From Bacteroidales bacterium (GTDB lineage Bacteria > Bacteroidota > Bacteroidia > Bacteroidales > VadinHA17), in assembly GCA_049654745.1 (NCBI GenBank), contig JBASIK010000183.1, positions 1,001 through 65,000 on the forward strand: a stretch of DNA of 64,000 nucleotides, given 5' to 3'. Positions within the stretch are counted from its first letter, which is position 1, and each line of letters starts with the position of its first letter. Below are positions 48,153 to 58,100 of this stretch, in pieces. A model generated the notes under the pieces. That model searched no databases. It had not been told where the DNA came from and saw nothing but the letters and a program-made list of their open reading frames with translations. A program made the position numbers and the translations under genes.

Positions 48153-49559
48153 ATGACCAATAGAGAGCCAGGCATTCCTGAGGATAAATCACTTCAAAAA
48201 TCGGTTCTTCTGGTAGCAACATTTGCTTCATTTCTCAATCCTTTTCTTGGTTCTGCAATAAATCTAGCTCTTCCGGCGATAGAAAAGGATCTGAATACAA
48301 ATGCTGTGGAATTGGGATGGATAGTCAGCAGTTTTATACTTACTTCCGCTATTTTTCTGCTACCAATGGGTAAGCTTGCAGATATCCGTGGAAGAATCAA
48401 AATTTTCAGAGCTGGTATCTTTTTATTTACTCTTTCAACATTTTTCATAATCTTTTGCAGGGATATCCACTCCCTGATTATTATGAGAATCTTTCAGGGT
48501 CTCTCCGGTGCAATGTTTTTCGGTACAAGTCTGGCAATCATAACATCAGTTTTTCCCCCGGGCGAAAGGGGAAAGGCAATGGGAATAAATATCACAGCTG
48601 TTTACCTCGGTCTGTCAGCAGGCCCGATAGTAGGAGGCTTCTTAACAAGGGAATTCGGGTGGAGAAGTATTTTCGTCTTTCTTGTTCCGATTGGTATAAT
48701 CGCCCAGATTTTAATCTCAAGAAAAATTAAAACCGACTGGGCAGAAGCAAGTGGTGAAAAATTTGATTGGAAAGGTTCAATTTTATACGGGATCTCTCTT
48801 GCCCTTTTCATGTACGGTTTTTCAAAGCTTCCTTCTTTTTGCAGCTGGATCTGTCTTTCTTCAGGAATTTTAGCCGGCATTTTTTTCATTCTTTTTGAAA
48901 AATCGGTAAACTATCCTGTCTTCGATATAAAACTCTTTTTGCATAACAGAGTCCTTACATTTTCAGGGATTGCAGCCCTGATACATTACGCTGCAACTTC
49001 TGCAATAGGGTTTTTCATGAGTCTTTATCTTCAGTATATTCAAAATCTGGATGCAAGAAGTGCGGGATTTATCATGATCGCTCAACCACTTGCCATGATG
49101 ATTCTTTCACCAGCTGCAGGTAAACTATCCGACAGGAAAAATCCAGGAGTTATTGCTTCCATTGGTATGGCTATTACCGCAACAAGTCTTGTATCTCTTT
49201 GTTTTTTACGGGATAACACACCTCTTTTCTTAATAATTATCCTTCTCGGGATAACAGGTACGGGATTTGCTTTTTTTTCATCACCCAATTCAAATGCAAT
49301 TATGAGTTCAGTCGAAAAAAAATATCTGGGTGTTGCCTCTGCAACTGTCGGCACAATGAGAATGATAGGCCAGATGACAAGTATGGGTATTGCAATGATG
49401 CTACTAGCATTATTTATAGGAAAACAACAAATTTCGCCATCCACCTACAAAGGACTTATGGCAGGTATGAGAACAGGCTTTATGATTTTTTCTGTTCTTT
49501 CCATAATCGGTATTTTTGCTTCACTGGCAAGGAACAAAAGCCTTAACAGAAAATCATAA
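48153..49559 (+). CDS. MFS transporter, DHA2 (14-TM drug:H+ antiporter) type
   Basis: 468 aa. The motif GKLADIRGR (MFS motif A) is present, with about 14 hydrophobic segments. The start abuts the dtd stop. Confidence 0.8.
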   Translation: MTNREPGIPEDKSLQKSVLLVATFASFLNPFLGSAINLALPAIEKDLNTNAVELGWIVSSFILTSAIFLLPMGKLADIRGRIKIFRAGIFLFTLSTFFIIFCRDIHSLIIMRIFQGLSGAMFFGTSLAIITSVFPPGERGKAMGINITAVYLGLSAGPIVGGFLTREFGWRSIFVFLVPIGIIAQILISRKIKTDWAEASGEKFDWKGSILYGISLALFMYGFSKLPSFCSWICLSSGILAGIFFILFEKSVNYPVFDIKLFLHNRVLTFSGIAALIHYAATSAIGFFMSLYLQYIQNLDARSAGFIMIAQPLAMMILSPAAGKLSDRKNPGVIASIGMAITATSLVSLCFLRDNTPLFLIIILLGITGTGFAFFSSPNSNAIMSSVEKKYLGVASATVGTMRMIGQMTSMGIAMMLLALFIGKQQISPSTYKGLMAGMRTGFMIFSVLSIIGIFASLARNKSLNRKS

Positions 49560-49659
49560 ATTTTCAGATACAACTCAATAAATCAGAAAAACATTATATA
49601 TTGCCATCAGGCTTTTTAATCGTTGAATAATATCTAACTTATTTTAAATCAGATGCCTT

Positions 49660-50532
49660 ATGACAAAACTGTATGAAAAACTTTTTAAATCGTGTCCTTC
49701 TGAAGGAGAAATTAAAAAAGGGTTGAAAAAGGTATATTCAGGAATTTCAGGAGACCCCGACAGAAAAACACTGATGGAGATTCTCAGTGTAATTGACCAG
49801 ACAAGCCTCAATACTACTGATAATAAAAGCAGCATATTACAACTCACCGGAAAAATAAACAGCTTTAATGCAAGATATTCCAATATTCCTTCTGTTGCTG
49901 CAATATGTGTTTATCCGAATTTCGTACCCCTGGTAAAAGAAAAGCTTACCGCAAGAAATGTAAAAATAGCCGCTGTTGCCGGAGGATTTCCAGCATCACA
50001 AACATTCAGAAGTATCAAAGTAGCCGAATGTAAGATGGCCGTAGATGCCGGAGCTGATGAAATAGACTTTATTTTCAATGTGGGAGCTTTCCTCGGCAAT
50101 GACTATCAAACAGTTGCAGATGAAATCAGAGAAATCAAAAGTAACATAGGGAAGGCTTACCTCAAAGTGATTATCGAATCCGGACTCCTTCACAACCATG
50201 AGCAGATATTTAACGCTTCGATGATTGCGATGGATGCCGGGGCCGATTTTATCAAGACTTCAACAGGCAAAACAAGTGTCTCTGCTACACCAGAATCCGT
50301 TTTTGTAATCTGCCGCGCCATTTCTGTATTTTATAATGAAACGGGCATACGTGTTGGGATTAAGCCTTCAGGAGGTATAGCATCATCCAAGGATGCCATC
50401 GTGTATTACAATATTGTTAAACATAATCTCGGTGCAGAATGGATGAATCCTTCACTATTCCGCATAGGATCAAGCCGTCTAGCCAATGATGTCCTTTCAG
50501 AAATAATTGGCTCAAGAGTAGATTATTTCTGA
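49660..50532 (+). CDS. deoC: deoxyribose-phosphate aldolase (long form)
   Basis: The Schiff-base Lys context is ADFIKTSTGK. GADEIDFIF is present. Confidence 0.85.
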   Translation: MTKLYEKLFKSCPSEGEIKKGLKKVYSGISGDPDRKTLMEILSVIDQTSLNTTDNKSSILQLTGKINSFNARYSNIPSVAAICVYPNFVPLVKEKLTARNVKIAAVAGGFPASQTFRSIKVAECKMAVDAGADEIDFIFNVGAFLGNDYQTVADEIREIKSNIGKAYLKVIIESGLLHNHEQIFNASMIAMDAGADFIKTSTGKTSVSATPESVFVICRAISVFYNETGIRVGIKPSGGIASSKDAIVYYNIVKHNLGAEWMNPSLFRIGSSRLANDVLSEIIGSRVDYF

Positions 50533-50571
50533 AGCCGGCAACTCATAAAAGCCGGTGAAAATTATTTAATA

Positions 50572-51636
50572 ATGCCGGTAAAAATGGTACCTCAGGATAC
50601 ACTAAAACTTAAACAGGCCGATGGAACCTACCTCACCGGACAGAAACAGGATACCCTTTCCAGAAAAAATGCAGATACAGTAAAAACAATATCACCCGAC
50701 ACTACAGTAAAAAAAGTCATTTCCAAAATTCATCAAGATGTAAAAGCACAAAACAAGGAGAAAATCGACACTTCTATTGAAAACAAAAAATTAAGTACTG
50801 ATTTCACTAATAAAAAAACTTCTGATATAATAAACTATTATTTATCTGACTATAAAACTGTTACATCAGAAGGGTCAAATATTTGCTTCCCTTATTTCTT
50901 TATTGAATCGTCACAAAAGCTTAAAAAAGATCTGGAAATAAAAATTTCTGAAGTAGCTAAAAATGGCATCAAAATCGAGAAAGATACACTGAAATCTGAC
51001 TGGATGTTGCCAGTGATGCTCATTTCATTGCTGGTTTATATAATATTGGGCAGAGCATTTTCAGATTCCATGAAATTAATTAAGAAATTTTTTACATTCA
51101 GGATTGCTCATGACTCAGGTACAACAAAAACTTTAAGATTTTCATCAACACTTCTCGACCTGATATCATATGTAAACATCAGCCTTTACGGGCATCTGCT
51201 CTTCACATATTTCAATATCGGTACTGGTGTAATAAAAGGTTACTTTGCATGGATAATAATTTTTATTTCAACAATTTTTCTCTCACTTGCCAGACAATCA
51301 GTGACCTTTCTTACCGGTGAAATAAGTGAACAAAAAGAAATTTTTATGGAATATGGCAGGGCTATTTCCTGCTTTTACAGAAGCACCGGATTAATCCTGT
51401 TTTTTATAATAATCATTCTTCTTTATACTAACTTTTTCAATACGAAAACAATAATCTATTCAGGATTTTTCATTGTGATATTTATCTACGTTATACGAAT
51501 AGTCAACCTTTTTACAATTTTTATAAAGAGAAGTGCATCAATTTTGTATTTAATTTTATACCTTTGTGCGCTGGAAATTCTGCCAGTCGCTATACTCATT
51601 AAATTTTTAAAGCAACTGTTGCAGAATATTCAATGA
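50572..51636 (+). CDS. multi-pass membrane protein, DUF4271-like
   Basis: About 140 aa of hydrophilic N-terminus is followed by about 6 TM helices. It sits upstream of hemD-like and rnpA genes, as in other Bacteroidota. The family name is from memory. Confidence 0.45.
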   Translation: MPVKMVPQDTLKLKQADGTYLTGQKQDTLSRKNADTVKTISPDTTVKKVISKIHQDVKAQNKEKIDTSIENKKLSTDFTNKKTSDIINYYLSDYKTVTSEGSNICFPYFFIESSQKLKKDLEIKISEVAKNGIKIEKDTLKSDWMLPVMLISLLVYIILGRAFSDSMKLIKKFFTFRIAHDSGTTKTLRFSSTLLDLISYVNISLYGHLLFTYFNIGTGVIKGYFAWIIIFISTIFLSLARQSVTFLTGEISEQKEIFMEYGRAISCFYRSTGLILFFIIIILLYTNFFNTKTIIYSGFFIVIFIYVIRIVNLFTIFIKRSASILYLILYLCALEILPVAILIKFLKQLLQNIQ

Positions 51637-51665
51637 TACAGATGTCAAACTAAATCTGTAAGGGG

Positions 51666-52424
51666 TTGAAAATAAAAAAAATTTTAGTATCGCAGCCAGA
51701 TCCGCAGAATCCAAAGTCTCCTTATCATGAACTGGCAAAAAAATATAACCTGAAAGTCGATTTTAAGCCTTTCGTTCAGATTGAAGGAGTTACTGCAAAG
51801 GATTTCAGGCAGCAGAAGATAAACATTCTGGATCATACTGCCATAATTTTTTCATGTAAAACAGCAATTGATCATTTCTTCAGGATATGTAATGAACTTC
51901 GCATTACTGTTCCTGATACAATGAAATATTTCTGCATTACCGAAAACGTTGCATTTTACTTGCAGAAATATATCGTATACCGCAAACGCAAAATTTTCCA
52001 TGGAAAATCAAAATTTCAGGACCTCATTGATGTAATAATTAAACACAAAGACGAGAATTACCTGGTACCTCTTCCTGAACCCCACAATTCAGAAATACCT
52101 GAACTGCTTAAGAAAAACAACATTAAACATACAATTGGAATATTTTACAAAACAATCAGCAATCATTTTGAAAGTATAAATGACTTGCTTGATTATGACA
52201 TAATTGTTTTTTACAGCCCTTCAAGCATAAAATCACTTCGCGAAAACTTTCCCGATTTTGTGCAGGGAAATATTAAAATTGCAGCTTTCGGACCAAACAC
52301 AGTAATGGCACTCGAACAGGAAGGATTCAGAGTCGACATCCAGGCACCAAATCCAAAATCCCCGTCAATGACAATGGCTCTTGATGAATACCTGAAGGAA
52401 TACAACAAGAACCATAACAAATAG
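51666..52424 (+). CDS. uroporphyrinogen-III synthase (HemD)-like protein
   Basis: 252 aa with an N-terminus KILVSQP and a two-lobed repeat pattern. Apparent TTG start. Confidence 0.65.
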   Translation: MKIKKILVSQPDPQNPKSPYHELAKKYNLKVDFKPFVQIEGVTAKDFRQQKINILDHTAIIFSCKTAIDHFFRICNELRITVPDTMKYFCITENVAFYLQKYIVYRKRKIFHGKSKFQDLIDVIIKHKDENYLVPLPEPHNSEIPELLKKNNIKHTIGIFYKTISNHFESINDLLDYDIIVFYSPSSIKSLRENFPDFVQGNIKIAAFGPNTVMALEQEGFRVDIQAPNPKSPSMTMALDEYLKEYNKNHNK

Positions 52425-52494
52425 CTCTTTTTGTCCGTATATTTTTACTCTTCATAGCATAAACTGTAAATACATATGCTTTATTAATTCAGCA

Positions 52495-52896
52495 ATGGCT
52501 GAACATACTGAAACATTCAGAAAACATGAGCGGCTATGCAGTAAAAAAGCTATAGAATTACTATTTGAAAAAGGCATTTCAGTAACAAGTTATCCTTTTC
52601 AGGTAATATGGACTTTTAGCAATCAGGATTCAGCTGCGCCGGCAAAGATTGCAATCAGCGTTTCAAAAAAGCTCTTCAGATCTGCTGTAAAGAGAAATGC
52701 TATAAAAAGAAAAATCAGAGAAGCATATAGAAGGAAAAAATATATTCTTTATGATTTTCTGACATCGACAGGTAAGAGTATAAATTTCATTTTAATCTAC
52801 AGAGACAGGAGAATTCCCGATTTCCGGGAAATAGAAAAGCATGTTGATGATGTACTCCGGAAACTTGTATCATCTGTAAGTACAAGCAAGGAATAA
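52495..52896 (+). CDS. rnpA: ribonuclease P protein component
   Basis: 133 aa and basic. The RNR-like motif reads AVKRNAIKRKIREAYR. Confidence 0.85.
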   Translation: MAEHTETFRKHERLCSKKAIELLFEKGISVTSYPFQVIWTFSNQDSAAPAKIAISVSKKLFRSAVKRNAIKRKIREAYRRKKYILYDFLTSTGKSINFILIYRDRRIPDFREIEKHVDDVLRKLVSSVSTSKE

Positions 52897-52988
52897 AAAC
52901 CCAAACACATCAATGTTAAAGTTTTCTTATAAAACATAAATACAATCCATCTGAAATAATTTCTTTCTATTTTCGTCTTTTATCAAAA

Positions 52989-52996
52989 TATATTTG
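52989..52996 (+). promoter_or_regulatory. candidate -7 box for the S41 peptidase gene
   Basis: TATATTTG ends only 6 nt before the ATG at 53003. Confidence 0.3.
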
Positions 52997-53002
52997 TTAA
53001 CG

Positions 53003-54682
53003 ATGAAGCAGATCATGAAAAAGCAGAAAGGAAAGAAAATATTAATTCTGATTACAATTGTTCTGTTTGCCGTTACCACCACTGCATTTCTGATAAACCA
53101 GGAATCCAGGGATTTCAGGCTTGGGAAAAATCTTGACATTTTTATTTCACTCATCCGTGAACTGAATACTTTTTATGTTGATGAAATAGATCCTGATAAA
53201 ATTATCCGGACAGGAATAGAAAGCATCCTCAGATCTCTTGATCCATATACTACATTCTATTCAGAATCTGAAATTGATGACTTCAATTTTATGACAACCG
53301 GGAAATATGGTGGGATAGGCTGTTTGATAAGAAATAATGGAGATTATGCAATAGTAACAGAAGTATACAAAGGTTTTCCTGCAGATCTGGCAGGGATTAA
53401 AGCAGGAGACCTTATTAAAAAGATTGACGGACAATCACTTAAAGGTTTTGCTGTTGATAAAGTTAGCGACAACTTAAAAGGTGATCCGGGGACAACTGTT
53501 TCGGTTACTGTCGAAAGAAACGGGAAAGAAATTGAATTTCAGTTGAAAAGAGAAAGGATTTCACTTCCTCCTGTTCCTTATTATGGAATTGTTGATTCAA
53601 ATATCGGGTATATCAGATTTACAAATTTCACCCAGAACTGTTACGAAGATGTTAAAAAGGCTCTTATTGAACTTAAAAAGAACAACCCTGATGGTATTAT
53701 TCTAGATCTGAGGTCTAATCCCGGCGGGATAATGCTGGAGGCAGTCGATATTGTCAACCTTTTTGTTGGTCCCGGAACTGAGGTTGTGAGCACAAAAGGC
53801 AAAGTAAAACAATTTGATGCCTCGTACAAAACAAAAAATCAGCCTGTTGATGACAGAATTCCTCTGGTTGTGCTTATAAACAGGATGACAGCATCAGCTT
53901 CGGAAATCGTAGCCGGTGCCATTCAGGATCTCGACCGAGGTGTCGTTGTCGGTCAAAGATCCTACGGAAAAGGTCTTGTGCAGATCACACGTCCGCTTAG
54001 CTTTAATGCACAGTTAAAAGTTACAACGGCAAAATACTATATACCCAGCGGACGTTGTATTCAGGCTATAGATTTTACACACCGTAATGAAGATGGTAGT
54101 GTAGGATATATCCCCGATTCACTCATAAAAACTTTCAAAACACGTAATGGCCGGCCGGTAAAAGATGGAGGCGGAATTACTCCCGACATCGAAGTTGTAC
54201 CCGAAAACCTCAGTCAGCTCGCAACTGAATTGTATACCCGTAACCTGATTTTCGATTATGCTACAAAATATTACTGGTCACATCCTGAAATAAAAAGCAT
54301 TGAAGATGTGAAAATAACCGATAACGAATATGAGGATTTTATAAAGTTCCTTGATGAAAGAGGATTCAACTATCAGACATTTACTGAAAAATCATTCTCT
54401 GAACTGGTTGAAAATGCAAAGAAAGAAAAATACTTCGAACCCAACAAAGAACTTTTCAATACCCTCCAGAAAGAAATTACTCACAATCTCAGAAGAGATC
54501 TCCAGAGTTTCAAGGAAGAGATTTCAGAACTCCTATGCGATGAAATAATAAGCAGGTATTTTTATGAGGAAGGGGCAATAGCATGGTCAATAAAATATGA
54601 TGAGCAAGTACATAAAGCCATAGAAGTTCTCAATAATAAATCACTATACAGGTCAATTCTCGAAGGAAAGCCAGTGAGATAA
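53003..54682 (+). CDS. S41 family C-terminal processing peptidase with a PDZ domain
   Basis: The PDZ segment reads GFPADLAGIKAGDLIKKIDG. The catalytic Ser context is MTASASEIVAGA and the Lys context is SYGKGLVQ. Confidence 0.85.
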   Translation: MKQIMKKQKGKKILILITIVLFAVTTTAFLINQESRDFRLGKNLDIFISLIRELNTFYVDEIDPDKIIRTGIESILRSLDPYTTFYSESEIDDFNFMTTGKYGGIGCLIRNNGDYAIVTEVYKGFPADLAGIKAGDLIKKIDGQSLKGFAVDKVSDNLKGDPGTTVSVTVERNGKEIEFQLKRERISLPPVPYYGIVDSNIGYIRFTNFTQNCYEDVKKALIELKKNNPDGIILDLRSNPGGIMLEAVDIVNLFVGPGTEVVSTKGKVKQFDASYKTKNQPVDDRIPLVVLINRMTASASEIVAGAIQDLDRGVVVGQRSYGKGLVQITRPLSFNAQLKVTTAKYYIPSGRCIQAIDFTHRNEDGSVGYIPDSLIKTFKTRNGRPVKDGGGITPDIEVVPENLSQLATELYTRNLIFDYATKYYWSHPEIKSIEDVKITDNEYEDFIKFLDERGFNYQTFTEKSFSELVENAKKEKYFEPNKELFNTLQKEITHNLRRDLQSFKEEISELLCDEIISRYFYEEGAIAWSIKYDEQVHKAIEVLNNKSLYRSILEGKPVR

Positions 54683-54688
54683 TTTTGC

Positions 54689-57487
54689 TCAGGGGTGTGC
54701 TTCAAGCCAGTTTGACCCTGTACCCCAGTCAACTTTCAAAGGCACTTTCAATGAAGCTGCTCCGGTCATTTCACTGATAACAATTTCTTTTACCAGCTCA
54801 AGCTCATCATGGGCAACCTCCAGAATCAGTTCATCATGTACCTGAAGTATCATCCTCGACTTTAAGCCTTTATTGCGAATCTGGTTAAAAATCCTTATCA
54901 TGGCAATTTTGATAATATCTGCCGCTGAACCCTGAATTGGAGCATTAATAGCATTACGTTCAGCATTTCCCCTTACCACCTGGTTGCGTGAATTAATATC
55001 CCTTACATATCTTCTCCTTCCGAACATTGTCGTTACATACCCCTTTTCCCTGGCCTGCTTTATGCTTTCTTCCATATATTGCTTTACACCAGGATATGAT
55101 GCAAAATATCCGTCAATAAGTTCCTTTGCCTCTTTGCGCCCTATATTTAGCCTCTCAGAAAGTCCAAACGATGAAATTCCATATATAATTCCGAAATTAG
55201 CTGTCTTTGCCCTGCTTCGCATTTCCCTTGTTACTTCATCAAAACTGACACCAAAAATCTTCGCAGCAGTAGCAGTATGAATATCGTGCCCCGATATAAA
55301 ATCCTCAATCATATTTTTATCACCACTCAGATGTGCCATCAATCGCAATTCAATCTGGGAATAATCTGCAGACAGGAAAATATAACCTTCATCAGGTACA
55401 AAAGCTTTTCTTATTTCCCGTCCTCTTTCATCCCTGACTGGAATATTTTGGAGATTCGGATTGTTTGAACTTAGCCTGCCTGTAGCTGCAACCGCCTGAT
55501 TAAACGATGTATGTATCCGCCCCGTCTTCTTGTTAATTAGCAATGGCAGTGTTTCAACATAAGTTGTAAGTAATTTTTTCAATCCTCTATATTCCAGTAC
55601 TTTACCTACAACAGGATGTCTGTTCACAAGCTTCTGGAGGATTTCTTCATTTGTAATAAACTGCTTTGTTTTGGTAAGTTTTGCTTTATCATCAAGTTTT
55701 AGCTTAATAAAGAGGATATTTCCCAGCTGCCGGGGAGAAGAAATGTTAAACTCCTCACCTGCCAGTGCATAAATCTCCTCTTCCAGTCTGATAATATCTT
55801 CCCTCAAACCTACAGCAATTGATTTCAGGTTTTCTTCATCAAGTTTAACGCCGGCTCTCTCCATACACGCAAGAACCCTGATCAGGGGCATCTCAATATT
55901 TTCTGCCAGTTCCTTCATGCCCTCTTTGATAATTTTTGGCTCAAACAACTCTTTTAACTGAAATGTTATATCGGCATCCTCAACAGAATATTCAACTATT
56001 TTCTCAACCGGTACTGAACGCATGGTTTTCTGATTTCGCCCCTTTTCACCTATTAAGCTTTCAATTGAGACAGGTCTGTAAGAAAGATATGTTTCAGCCA
56101 GATAGTCCATGTTGTGTCTCATGTCAGGCTCAAGGAGATAATGAGCAATCATTGTGTCGAAAAGTGCGCCCCTGACTTCTATTCCATAATTTGCGAGAAC
56201 CTGGATATCAAATTTAATATTCTGACCTATTTTACGTATCCTGTCATTCTCGAACACGGGTTTCAGAATAGAAAGCATTTCTTTTATTTCATTCTCATTT
56301 TCAGGGAAATATACAAGATAACCTTTGCCCTTAATCCATGAAAATGCAATAGCAACAAGTTCAGATTCAAGTGCGTTAATACTTGTAGTTTCTGTATCAA
56401 AACAGAATTCCTCAAGTTTGCTAAGTTCTTCTGCCAGTTTCTTCAGATCCTCCCGAGTCTGAATAAGATTGTAAGAATGTGGTACAACTTCAATATTAAG
56501 TTTGGTTTCTGAAACAGCAGTTTCTCCGAAAAGTGTTCCCTGGATTGTTTCAGGAGACGTTTTCGTCTCCTGTTCAACTACTAAAGTATCTTTATTTTCA
56601 GTTGACTCTGAAAGAATTCTTGAAGCCGTTTGCCTGAATTCAAGCTCATCGAACAATATTTTGAGTTTTTCTTTATCAGGCGGTTCCAGCTTAAGGCTCT
56701 CTTCATCAAATTCAACAGGGGTATTTGTATTTATTGTTACCAGCTTTTTCGACAACAGTACCTGTTCCTTATGTTTTTCAAGTATTTCCTTTATCCTGCC
56801 CTGCAACTTATCAGTATTTTTTAGCAATTCCTCAATACTTCCAAATTCTGAAATAAGTTTCATTGCAGTTTTGGGCCCCACACCCGGAGCACCAGGAATA
56901 TTATCTGAAGTATCCCCCATAAGTCCCAGAATATCAATGACCTGTTCAGGGGATTTAACATTGAATTCCCTTTTCACATCTTCAATACCCCATATAACCG
57001 ATTCATTTCCTGCTCTCGAAGGTTTGTACATAAAAATTCTTTCGGAGACAAGCTGGGCGAAATCTTTATCAGGCGTCATCATATAAGTTACAAAGCCTTC
57101 TCGGGCCGCTTTGTTTGCCAGTGTGCCTATAATATCATCCGCCTCGAAACCCGGACATTCGAGAATGGGAATTCTATATGCTTCAACAAGCTGTTTAATA
57201 TATGGAACCGCTTTCTTAATATCCTCAGGTGTCTCTTCCCTCGTAGCTTTGTACTCGCTGTACATTTTGTGGCGGAATGTTGGCTCAGAACTGTCAAAAA
57301 CTACTGCAATATGCGTTGGCTTCTGTTTCTGTAAAACTTCCTCGAGGGTCAGAAGAAATCCAAAAATTGCAGACGTATTGAGGCCTTTTGAAGTTATCCG
57401 CGGATTTTTGATAAATGCGTAATAAGATCTGAATATTAATGCATAAGCATCAAGCAGGAATAGTTTCTTTTCACCGGATTCCGACAT
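54689..57487 (-). CDS. polA: DNA polymerase I
   Basis: A 5'-nuclease domain is present. The 3'-5' exo motifs are FDTETTS, NIKFD and YSVEDAD. The polymerase motifs are A (SADYSQIELR), B (RSRAKTANFGIIYG) and C (QVHDEL). Confidence 0.95.
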   Translation of the reverse strand: MSESGEKKLFLLDAYALIFRSYYAFIKNPRITSKGLNTSAIFGFLLTLEEVLQKQKPTHIAVVFDSSEPTFRHKMYSEYKATREETPEDIKKAVPYIKQLVEAYRIPILECPGFEADDIIGTLANKAAREGFVTYMMTPDKDFAQLVSERIFMYKPSRAGNESVIWGIEDVKREFNVKSPEQVIDILGLMGDTSDNIPGAPGVGPKTAMKLISEFGSIEELLKNTDKLQGRIKEILEKHKEQVLLSKKLVTINTNTPVEFDEESLKLEPPDKEKLKILFDELEFRQTASRILSESTENKDTLVVEQETKTSPETIQGTLFGETAVSETKLNIEVVPHSYNLIQTREDLKKLAEELSKLEEFCFDTETTSINALESELVAIAFSWIKGKGYLVYFPENENEIKEMLSILKPVFENDRIRKIGQNIKFDIQVLANYGIEVRGALFDTMIAHYLLEPDMRHNMDYLAETYLSYRPVSIESLIGEKGRNQKTMRSVPVEKIVEYSVEDADITFQLKELFEPKIIKEGMKELAENIEMPLIRVLACMERAGVKLDEENLKSIAVGLREDIIRLEEEIYALAGEEFNISSPRQLGNILFIKLKLDDKAKLTKTKQFITNEEILQKLVNRHPVVGKVLEYRGLKKLLTTYVETLPLLINKKTGRIHTSFNQAVAATGRLSSNNPNLQNIPVRDERGREIRKAFVPDEGYIFLSADYSQIELRLMAHLSGDKNMIEDFISGHDIHTATAAKIFGVSFDEVTREMRSRAKTANFGIIYGISSFGLSERLNIGRKEAKELIDGYFASYPGVKQYMEESIKQAREKGYVTTMFGRRRYVRDINSRNQVVRGNAERNAINAPIQGSAADIIKIAMIRIFNQIRNKGLKSRMILQVHDELILEVAHDELELVKEIVISEMTGAASLKVPLKVDWGTGSNWLEAHP

Positions 57488-57499
57488 AAACAGGTAATA

Positions 57500-57943
57500 T
57501 TAATTATCAGAAGAGTACCACTCAGCATAAGATTTTGACGTTTCATAAAGCTTCAATGAATGAAGATAAATTCCGTCGGGCAGACCAGATTTAATCCTTT
57601 CTGCAAAATCAATAACCAGATTTTCGCATGTGGGTTGATAATCCAGTACTACAAGGTTGGTAAATATCCCCCGTATATTGTTGTACCTCTTTTCAAAGCT
57701 TTTACTGACTACAAGTGAATGGTCGAAAATATTTATAACTTTTTCTTCCACTATTTTTTTCAATTCAGCAAAATCCATTATCATTCCGTCTCCTGGACTT
57801 CCCGGTTCATTCAAAGGAGTTCCTGCCACAGTTACAAACAGCCTGTATGAATGTCCATGAACATTTTTGCATTGTCCATAATGAAATTCAAGTACATGAG
57901 CCATTTCGATAGTGAATTCGCGTGTTATCCTGATTACAGGCAT
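57500..57943 (-). CDS. queD: 6-carboxytetrahydropterin synthase / 6-pyruvoyl-tetrahydropterin synthase family
   Basis: 147 aa. Motifs are EMAHVL and CKNVHGHSY. Confidence 0.85.
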   Translation of the reverse strand: MPVIRITREFTIEMAHVLEFHYGQCKNVHGHSYRLFVTVAGTPLNEPGSPGDGMIMDFAELKKIVEEKVINIFDHSLVVSKSFEKRYNNIRGIFTNLVVLDYQPTCENLVIDFAERIKSGLPDGIYLHSLKLYETSKSYAEWYSSDN

Positions 57944-57968
57944 AGGTATTAATATTGAATTACACTTA

Positions 57969-57976
57969 CAAAAATA
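57969..57976 (-). promoter_or_regulatory. candidate -7 box for queD
   Basis: The minus strand reads TATTTTTG, 26 nt upstream of the ATG. Confidence 0.35.
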
Positions 57977-58075
57977 ACTATTCTGGTTGAAAGGAAAGAA
58001 AATGATTTTGACGCTTTTTCATGTGCTTCACATAAATATTTTCCTTATACTTCAAGGTAATTAAAAATAAAAACT

Positions 58076-58083
58076 TATCTTTG
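58076..58083 (+). promoter_or_regulatory. candidate -7 box for the acyl-CoA ligase gene
   Basis: TATCTTTG lies 18 nt upstream of the ATG at 58101. Confidence 0.35.
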
Positions 58084-58100
58084 CAATTTTAAATAGTTTA

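Noticed and set aside
56502-57086. 194-aa ORF on the plus strand inside polA. Similar long antisense ORFs occur at 1569..2216, 13254..14009, 41326..41684 and 16949..17242.
   Set aside because: Each lies fully antisense to a confidently recognised gene. Their compositions are Ser/Leu/Pro-rich and low-complexity, typical of the reverse frame of Lys/Glu-rich coding sequence. None has motifs or start context.
57944-58100. Looked for a preQ1 riboswitch upstream of queD.
   Set aside because: Only about 26 nt lie between the -7 box and the ATG. No hairpin plus A-rich tail resembling preQ1-I is present.
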